Below, in pieces: positions 57,622 through 64,000 of a stretch of 64,000 bases of DNA. Positions within the stretch are counted from its first letter, which is position 1. Every line of letters begins with the position of its first letter. The notes below the pieces were generated by a model. It made no database searches, had not been told where the DNA came from, and worked only from the letters and a program-made list of their open reading frames with translations. Both the position numbers and the translations under genes were made by a program. The stretch comes from Candidatus Daviesbacteria bacterium GW2011_GWA1_41_61 (GTDB lineage Bacteria; Patescibacteriota; Microgenomatia; Daviesbacterales; UBA10151), in the NCBI GenBank assembly GCA_000997385.1, contig LCBT01000001.1, positions 307,663 to 371,662 of the forward strand, given 5' to 3'.

Positions 57622-58802
57622 AGCATCTCTTCTATCTCTATCAACCTTTGATATTTGACTAACCTTTCTTTTTGCAAGGGACAGCCACTCTTTAAACCAT
57701 CGGCTCCCAGTCCCACTGCCAAATCAGCAATGAAAGTATCCATTGTTTCTCCGCTGCGGTGGGAGACAATAACTTTCCAGCCATATTTTTGAGCTAAAGT
57801 AGCAGCTTTGATAGTTTCTGTCACTGAACCAATTTGGTTAGGTTTGATGATAACAGCATTGACTGCTCCTTTTTGATAAGCTTGGGTAATCCTTTGAGGG
57901 TTGGTAGTGGTTAAATCATCTCCCACAACCCACACTTTACTCCCCAATTGTCTTCTAATATCTTCAAATCCCTGCCAATCATCTTCCTGGAAAGGATCTT
58001 CTATGGAAAGCAGGGGAAAATCTGAAGCAAAATTATGATACAAACTTAACATTTCTTTTTCATCCAGTAACTTTTCTCCTATCTGATACTTGCCATCTTT
58101 AAACAACACTGAAGCAGCTACATCTAAACTTAATTTGCTGTGAGTATCTATACCAGATCTTACTTCTTGTAAAAGTTCCAAACCCTCTCTGGGGTTATCC
58201 GAAGGCATGGTAAAACCACCTTCATCTCCGTAAGTTACCTTTCCATATCTTTGATACTTCTTCCCTTCTAAAATTTTTATGGCCTTTTGGGCCAACTCTA
58301 GACTGAATTTAGGAGAAACAGTTTGGGGAACCAACAAATACTCTTGGAAAGGTAAGGAGTTTTTAGCATGAACCCCTCCTTCAATTAAATTATAAAAACA
58401 CAGTGGTAATTTTTGAATCTTGTGACCAATTATCCCAGCTATTAATTGATAAATCTCCAAATTTTGAGATGCTGCCAAAAGCTTAGTAAAACCAAGACTT
58501 AAGACCAAAATTAAATTCCCACCTAAATTTTGTTTATTAGGAGTATTGTCTAAAGAGATAAGGTAATTATCAAATTCCTCTAGGGTAGAAAACTGCCGGG
58601 TAAACAAATTAAATTTAATCTCAGTAAATTTTTCTAAAGCTTCCTCTGGTTCTAACACAAAGGCTTCGTTTGAGCCTTTACTCTTTCCGGAAGGGACACT
58701 AGCCACTACCTTGTGCCCCTCCAAGCTCATCTCGACTTCTAAAGTCTTCTCACTCCGGGAATCAGGGATAATTTTTAGGGTAATATCATCTATTTTCATC
58801 AC
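57618..58802 (-). CDS. eno: enolase (phosphopyruvate hydratase)
   Basis: SHRSGETMDTFIADLAV signature and an N-terminal enolase domain. Confidence 0.9.
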   Translation of the reverse strand: MMKIDDITLKIIPDSRSEKTLEVEMSLEGHKVVASVPSGKSKGSNEAFVLEPEEALEKFTEIKFNLFTRQFSTLEEFDNYLISLDNTPNKQNLGGNLILVLSLGFTKLLAASQNLEIYQLIAGIIGHKIQKLPLCFYNLIEGGVHAKNSLPFQEYLLVPQTVSPKFSLELAQKAIKILEGKKYQRYGKVTYGDEGGFTMPSDNPREGLELLQEVRSGIDTHSKLSLDVAASVLFKDGKYQIGEKLLDEKEMLSLYHNFASDFPLLSIEDPFQEDDWQGFEDIRRQLGSKVWVVGDDLTTTNPQRITQAYQKGAVNAVIIKPNQIGSVTETIKAATLAQKYGWKVIVSHRSGETMDTFIADLAVGLGADGLKSGCPLQKERLVKYQRLIEIEEML

Positions 58803-61248
58803 CCTTACCCAACTTCCTTTTCTTCTCCTGTTGATAAATTTTTAAAGTAGTCTTAATAACTGTATCCGGATTTAGAGAAATACTGCCAATTCCCTCACTG
58901 ACCAAAAACTGGGCAAAATCCTCGTAATCAGAAGGGGCTTGACCACAAATACCAATATATTTATCTTTGGCTTGACACTTTTTAATTACTTCACTAATTA
59001 AAATCTTCACTGCTGCATCGTTTTCATTGCTAATACCGCGGACTCTTTCATTGCCATCTCTTTCAATACCCAAAGTAAGTTGAGTTAAATCATTACTGCC
59101 GATACTCATCCCATCAAAAACTTTTAAAAATTCATCGGCCAAAATAACATTGGAAGGGATCTCACACATCACATAAACTGCTAAATCATCATTATTTAGT
59201 CCCTCCTTCTCTATCAACTCCTTGACCTTTCTCCCTTCCTCAACAGTCCGGCAAAAGGGGACCATCACACAAACATTACTAAGCCCCATTTGCTGCCTGA
59301 CCTTTTTGATAGCCTGAAGTTCCAGTAAAAAGGCTGGGGCAAATTGGGGATGATAATAACGGGAAGCTCCCCGCCAGCCGATCATCGGGTTTTCCTCAGC
59401 AGGCTCATAAATCTCCCCGCCGATTAGTAAACGATACTCGTTAGTTTTAAAATCAGAAAACCGGACAATGACTTTTTTCGGATAAAATGCTGCACCAATC
59501 CTGCCAATTCCATAAGCTAGCTTATCCACATAAAATTGGATTTTATCCTCATACCCCACAGTTTTTTGATCAATCTGCCTTTTTAAACTTGGAGAAAGTG
59601 TTGCATAATTAATTAAGGCCATGGGATGGATACCAATATCAGAGGCGATAATAAATTCCTCCCGGGCCAGTCCTACCCCATCGTTGGGGAGAAATGATTT
59701 TTCAAAAGCACTCTCCGGTGTGGCAATATTCATCATAATTTTAGTTTTAGTCCGGGGAAAATCTTTGACGTCATGCTCTTCAATGGTAAATTTCAAAACC
59801 CCGGCAAAAACAAATCCTTCACTACCGGTAGTATCAACGGTGATAGTTTGGCCGGTTTTAATTTTCTCTGTTGCATTAACACTCCCTACAATAGCCGGAA
59901 TCCCAAGCTCCCGGGAAACAATAGCCGCATGGGAAGTTCTCCCGCCTTGATCAGTAACAATGGCAGAAGCAATTTTCATAATTGGTTCCCAATCAGGATC
60001 AGTCATAACTGTTACCAAGATCTCACCAGCTTTAAATTGACGAATTGCTGACACATCACCAACCACCCTGGCTTTGCCAACAGCTATTTTGCTGCCTACT
60101 GAAGCTCCCTGGGTAATTACCTTGCCCTCTTCTAATCTCACATACTCTTTGATCTTTGTAAAATCCCGCACGGAATGGATCGTCTCCGGCCTAGCTTGAA
60201 CCATAAAAAGCTCCCCGCTTTTACCATCTTTGGCCCACTCAGTATCCATAGGGGTCCACTTGCCATGTTTTTTACTGTAATGATCCTCAATTTTGACTGC
60301 CCAATCAGCCAGCTGCAAAATCTCTTTATCTGATAAAACAAAAGTTTGCCTCTCTTTTTGGGAGGTGGCAATAATTTTAGTGGGGGTTTTATCAGAATAA
60401 ACCATCTTTTGGTTTTTCACACCCAATTTTTTATTAATAATCGGTTGATAATCTTTTTGCCCCAAGGTACCTTTAAAAACTAAAAACTCATCGGGGGTCA
60501 CCTCTCCTTGGACAATCATCTCCCCTAAACCCCAAGAACCGTTAATTAACACCACATCAGGGAAGCCGCTTTCAGTATCGAGGGTAAACATTACCCCAGA
60601 ACAGCCCAGATCTGATCTAACCATTCTTTGCACTCCCACTGACAAAGCAATTTTAAGATGATCAAACCCTTTGTCTACCCGGTAAGAAATAGCTCTATCA
60701 GTAAATAAAGAGGCCATAGATTCCCTAATATACTTTAAAATGTCTTCTATCCCCCTAATGTTTAAATAAGTTTCATGTTCTCCAGCGAAAGAAGCATCGG
60801 GTAAGTCTTCCGCAGTGGCAGAGGACCTCACAGCAAAATCAGAGTGCTGGCCATATTTTTTCTCAGCTTCTTTATGCGCTTCGGTAACAGCTTCTTTTAG
60901 CTCTTTAGGAAAATTGGTTTTTTTAATAGTTTCTCTAATTAATTTAGCTTTTAAAGCCAGATCCGAGAGATTATGAGTGTTTAAACCATCTAATGTTTTT
61001 CTGATAAAAGTCGTTAGCCCTGTTTCATCAAGGAAATACCTATAAGCAGAAGCTGTGACGGCATAACCGCCGGGAATTTTCACACCTTTCGGGATAAGCT
61101 CTTGTAACATCTCCCCCAAAGAAGCATTTTTACCACCCACCTCTGGAACATCCTCGATTCCTACTTCTTCTAAGTGTTTGATAAACAATGAAGGAACGCT
61201 TTTTTTTGAGGCGGGCAAAGGAGTATGGGTTTTAAAAATAGGCAGCAT
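58786..61248 (-). CDS. ppsA: phosphoenolpyruvate synthase (pyruvate, water dikinase), full length
   Basis: PPDK_N N-terminus (VEDVPEVGGKNASLGEM), swivel His (GGRTSHAAIVSRELGIPAIVG) and a C-terminal PEP-binding TIM barrel. 820 aa. Confidence 0.9.
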   Translation of the reverse strand: MLPIFKTHTPLPASKKSVPSLFIKHLEEVGIEDVPEVGGKNASLGEMLQELIPKGVKIPGGYAVTASAYRYFLDETGLTTFIRKTLDGLNTHNLSDLALKAKLIRETIKKTNFPKELKEAVTEAHKEAEKKYGQHSDFAVRSSATAEDLPDASFAGEHETYLNIRGIEDILKYIRESMASLFTDRAISYRVDKGFDHLKIALSVGVQRMVRSDLGCSGVMFTLDTESGFPDVVLINGSWGLGEMIVQGEVTPDEFLVFKGTLGQKDYQPIINKKLGVKNQKMVYSDKTPTKIIATSQKERQTFVLSDKEILQLADWAVKIEDHYSKKHGKWTPMDTEWAKDGKSGELFMVQARPETIHSVRDFTKIKEYVRLEEGKVITQGASVGSKIAVGKARVVGDVSAIRQFKAGEILVTVMTDPDWEPIMKIASAIVTDQGGRTSHAAIVSRELGIPAIVGSVNATEKIKTGQTITVDTTGSEGFVFAGVLKFTIEEHDVKDFPRTKTKIMMNIATPESAFEKSFLPNDGVGLAREEFIIASDIGIHPMALINYATLSPSLKRQIDQKTVGYEDKIQFYVDKLAYGIGRIGAAFYPKKVIVRFSDFKTNEYRLLIGGEIYEPAEENPMIGWRGASRYYHPQFAPAFLLELQAIKKVRQQMGLSNVCVMVPFCRTVEEGRKVKELIEKEGLNNDDLAVYVMCEIPSNVILADEFLKVFDGMSIGSNDLTQLTLGIERDGNERVRGISNENDAAVKILISEVIKKCQAKDKYIGICGQAPSDYEDFAQFLVSEGIGSISLNPDTVIKTTLKIYQQEKKRKLGKGDENR

Positions 61249-61352
61249 AAATTAATACTAGCATAAACTTCTACCAATAAGAAACCTAGCCAAAAAATCC
61301 AGGAAGGCTTAGAAACCCTCAAGAAAAAAGGATTGCTTTAATTCTTTACCTA

Positions 61353-61390
61353 TTGACATATAGTAAAGAGTATGGTATAAAGTCTTTACT
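61353..61390 (+). promoter_or_regulatory. sigma70-like promoter (TTGACA-17-TATAAA) with an overlapping inverted repeat (GTAAAGAG...GTCTTTAC), a likely operator for the antitoxin
   Basis: Visible directly, upstream of the AbrB-like gene. Confidence 0.5.
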
Positions 61391-61678
61391 ATGCAAACAT
61401 ATTCTCCTAATAATCGAGGAAAAGAAGAAATTTCTACCATTAGTAGTAAAGGGCAAGTAACTATCCCTGTTAAAGTCCGGAAGCATTTGGGAATAAAGAG
61501 TAATGATAAAATTGCTTTTGTTATTGAATCCAGTGGTGAAGTTAAAGTAACTCCAGCTAAATACCCTGATATCCAATCTTTAAAGGGAGTAGCTGGCTCT
61601 TTAACAAAACCTTTATCATGGGAAAAAGTTAAACAGATAGCTCAAGCAGATCGTCTTAGTAAAAAGTATGGCCGATAA
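61391..61678 (+). CDS. AbrB/MazE/SpoVT-family antitoxin
   Basis: SSKGQVTIPVKVRKHLGIKSNDKIAFV swapped-hairpin motif. Confidence 0.7.
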   Translation: MQTYSPNNRGKEEISTISSKGQVTIPVKVRKHLGIKSNDKIAFVIESSGEVKVTPAKYPDIQSLKGVAGSLTKPLSWEKVKQIAQADRLSKKYGR

Positions 61679-62096
61679 CCCACCCGCTGATCCCTACCTA
61701 GATACGGATATTATAATTCGGTTATTAACCTCCGACGATGTAAAAAAACAACAGGCTGCAGCTAAGCTATTTGAGCAGGTAGAAAAGGGAGAACTGCTTA
61801 TCTTGGCTCCAGATACAGTTATAGCTGACACAGTTTATGTTCTTTCTTCTCCCAGACTATATCATTTCCCCAGAGTTAATATCCATGATACCCTTTCTGT
61901 CTTGTTAAAGCTTCCTAATTTCAAAGTTGATAATAAACAAGCAATAATAAAAGCTTTAGATTTATATGTTACACATAATATTGACTTTTCAGACGCTTTT
62001 CTAGCTGCTTTGACACTTCAAACTGAGTCAAAGATTATTTTCTCCTATGATCTTGATTATAAAAAGATACCTCACTTAAAACGCATAGAACCTTAA
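61668..62096 (+). CDS. PIN-domain toxin (VapC-like)
   Basis: YLDTDIII and FSDAFLAALT acidic residues typical of the PIN fold. Overlaps the antitoxin gene by 11 nt. Confidence 0.75.
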   Translation: MADNPPADPYLDTDIIIRLLTSDDVKKQQAAAKLFEQVEKGELLILAPDTVIADTVYVLSSPRLYHFPRVNIHDTLSVLLKLPNFKVDNKQAIIKALDLYVTHNIDFSDAFLAALTLQTESKIIFSYDLDYKKIPHLKRIEP

Positions 62097-62434
62097 GACA
62101 GCTTAGTATTAGAAAAATTGCCGCTTCATGGTTTACAGCAGCACAAACTGCAGGCTTACCATCTGGCTCAGACTGGCCGGTTTTTTTATTAAATTGCATC
62201 TGCTGACGGGGTTATAAGTTTTCTAGTTTTTGAGGAGAACCATGAAAGACAAATTTTCCAGTTTTGGAAAGCTGCTCTAAAATTTCCTTACCACTTTTGG
62301 AACCTTCTCCTGTCTCAACTGAAAAATCTTTTGTAGCTGATCTTATCTCCATACATTGAAGGATACCACTTTTCACTTCCTTCTTACAGTTTGTTTACCT
62401 CAATTTCATCTTGCCTCCTTAAGATGACCTAAAT

Positions 62435-62965
62435 ATGCTCGCCCATGGAGAGATCCATTTTAATCACTTTCCTAAGAGAAGACCACCTCAGAAAGCTCAA
62501 AAAGTAGAAGAAAAGCCAACTGAGGAAGCTCAAAATTCCAAGGCCCAAGCTGAAGCAAAAATGGAGGAGTTAATTGAAGAAGCAGAAAACCCTTTATTTA
62601 AACTATCCACCATCTTTCCTTTTGATTTCTTTCCTGATCAGATCATTATCGACACTAACAAGGTAAATATTATCAGCAAAGAATTTTTTAGTTCAGGCAG
62701 AGTCCATAGCATTATGATTAAAGATATTGGCGATGTTTTTATAGAAACAGATCCTTTTTTTGCCAAACTGACCATTATTGATAAAGGGTTTACGGAAAAC
62801 TCCATTAATTTAAAATATTTAAAAAAGGAGGATGCTGCTAAAGCCCGCAAGATTATCCAAGGTTTAGTAGTAGCTCATGAACAAAGCATTGACCTTGCCC
62901 ATTTTCCCCCAGAAGAGCTAACTTTAAAACTAGAGAAGCTGGGAAAAATTAAGACTGAAAGGTAA
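62435..62965 (+). CDS. hypothetical protein (176 aa)
   Basis: No family recognised. Charged N-terminus. Confidence 0.4.
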   Translation: MLAHGEIHFNHFPKRRPPQKAQKVEEKPTEEAQNSKAQAEAKMEELIEEAENPLFKLSTIFPFDFFPDQIIIDTNKVNIISKEFFSSGRVHSIMIKDIGDVFIETDPFFAKLTIIDKGFTENSINLKYLKKEDAAKARKIIQGLVVAHEQSIDLAHFPPEELTLKLEKLGKIKTER

Positions 62966-63032
62966 TTTAGGCTGTAATTACCCCCCTAGGTATGATAATA
63001 TTCATCTTGACTACTCATATCAACAGTTACTG

Positions 63033-63965
63033 ATGAAGCACCGATTATTTATCTTCCTGCTGTTTAGTCTCTATATTTTTACCGTCACTGTTTTGATGGT
63101 TTTCCAGGGTATAGCTATTTCACCGGAGAGATATGCCTTTGTGCTGCTTTTAGGGAGCCTTCTGGTTAAAAAAACCAGAAACTTTATCTTTGATTGGACC
63201 CCCTTCCTCTTTATTTTAATCTCCTATGATTTTTTAAGGGAACTGGCAGGAAATTTAAATTCCGGCACTCACTATCTTGAGGCTATTAACTTTGATCAAA
63301 AGCTTTTTCAGACACTACCTACTGTAACCCTGCAGGAAAAATTTTTTAATACTAGCCAGGTAGTTTGGTATGATTACGGAGCTGCTTTTTTATATCTTCT
63401 CCATTTCATCTTACCTTTAGGTTTTGGGTTTTTACTCTGGATAAATAATAGAAGATACTTTAAGGAGTTTGTCACTGGCATCTCTCTTCTTTCCTATTCT
63501 GCCCTTGTCACTTATCTGCTCTTTCCTGCTGCCCCACCTTGGATGGCCCAAAGAGATGGATATATTGTAGGGGTCACTAAGATTTTAGATCAAGTCCTGG
63601 AGGTCTTTTCTACCAATTTAGACCTCGTGACTGTTTATCATAACCTTAACCCTAATCCTGTAGGAGCTATTCCTTCTGTTCATACAGCTTGGCCACTATT
63701 GATCTTTCTTTTTGCCTACCGTTATTTTAAAACTAAGGCTTTATACTTTCTGCCTTATGTTTTATCTGTTTGGCTAGCCATTATTTATCTAGGAGAACAT
63801 TATGTGCTGGATGTTTTAACTGGCATAATTTATGCCATTGTTTTTTATGTTATCTCAGTAGAAATAATGCACCGTATCAACTGGGGCCATCTTTTCCGGC
63901 AAATAGAGAATAAATTATTTAATAAAAAGTTATTAAAAACTGCCCGAGATGATCAAGCACTTTAA
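63033..63965 (+). CDS. PAP2-superfamily integral membrane protein (phosphatase / inositol-phosphotransferase-like)
   Basis: Multi-pass membrane topology with PSVHTA (the PSGH motif) and EHYVLDV (the SRxxxxxHxxxD motif). Confidence 0.5.
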   Translation: MKHRLFIFLLFSLYIFTVTVLMVFQGIAISPERYAFVLLLGSLLVKKTRNFIFDWTPFLFILISYDFLRELAGNLNSGTHYLEAINFDQKLFQTLPTVTLQEKFFNTSQVVWYDYGAAFLYLLHFILPLGFGFLLWINNRRYFKEFVTGISLLSYSALVTYLLFPAAPPWMAQRDGYIVGVTKILDQVLEVFSTNLDLVTVYHNLNPNPVGAIPSVHTAWPLLIFLFAYRYFKTKALYFLPYVLSVWLAIIYLGEHYVLDVLTGIIYAIVFYVISVEIMHRINWGHLFRQIENKLFNKKLLKTARDDQAL

Positions 63966-64000
63966 TATTCGCATCTTTGGTTTAGTCCAAGGTGTCTTTT

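Noticed and set aside
1-64000. CRISPR arrays, transposases, integrases
   Set aside because: No regularly spaced direct repeats were found, and no DDE/transposase or tyrosine/serine recombinase motifs in any frame that I could recognise.

Overview
This 64 kb window is AT-rich and gene-dense. Most genes are short, many overlap by a few nucleotides, Shine-Dalgarno sites are often weak, and the genes between about 4.5 and 33 kb run mainly on the minus strand. The content looks like a small-genome fermentative bacterium, plausibly Candidate Phyla Radiation (Patescibacteria), but lineage cannot be proven from sequence alone.

Housekeeping genes include murA, gltX, an archaeal/eukaryotic-type AspRS/AsnRS, a short RelA/SpoT homologue, recJ, a CCA-adding enzyme, secD and secF separated by two inserted genes, a YifB/ComM ATPase, miaA, HU, a YerC/TrpR-like protein, RNase Y, recA-recX, enolase and PEP synthase. 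There are also two two-component systems and a VapBC-like PIN/AbrB toxin-antitoxin pair.

Energy metabolism genes form one block: an ADP-forming acetyl-CoA synthetase fused to a C-terminal FNR-like oxidoreductase domain, a two-subunit 2-oxoacid:ferredoxin oxidoreductase, a single-cluster ferredoxin, and a minimal [NiFe] hydrogenase (small and large subunit, maturation protease, HypC).

Two RNA genes missing from the ORF track were found by eye. One is an RNase P RNA on the minus strand (about 44811-45160), with a -10 box, P1 helix and terminator. The other is a tRNA-Pro(GGG) on the minus strand (53470-53543). A degenerate copy of its 3' half plus trailer lies 2.2 kb away and brackets a single gene for a membrane-anchored protein, which looks like an old integration footprint.

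The most unusual loci are listed here. (1) The window start carries a three-gene radical SAM cluster next to a creatininase/MftE-like gene and an RNHCP-domain gene, suggesting a RiPP or mycofactocin-like maturation system. The cluster comprises one radical SAM gene truncated by the window edge, one rSAM-SPASM, and one B12-binding rSAM broken by a -1 frameshift in an A8 run. (2) A tightly coupled four-gene operon encodes a SixA/PGAM-like histidine phosphatase, a 352-aa unknown protein, a standalone PEP-utilizing swivel-His domain and a standalone PPDK_N ATP-grasp domain, i.e. a split rifampin-phosphotransferase/PEP-synthase-like phosphotransfer system. (3) A structured leader with an intrinsic terminator sits just upstream of the ribosome-binding site of an 82-aa ORF. 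(4) The ACD-FNR fusion and the pared-down hydrogenase described above.
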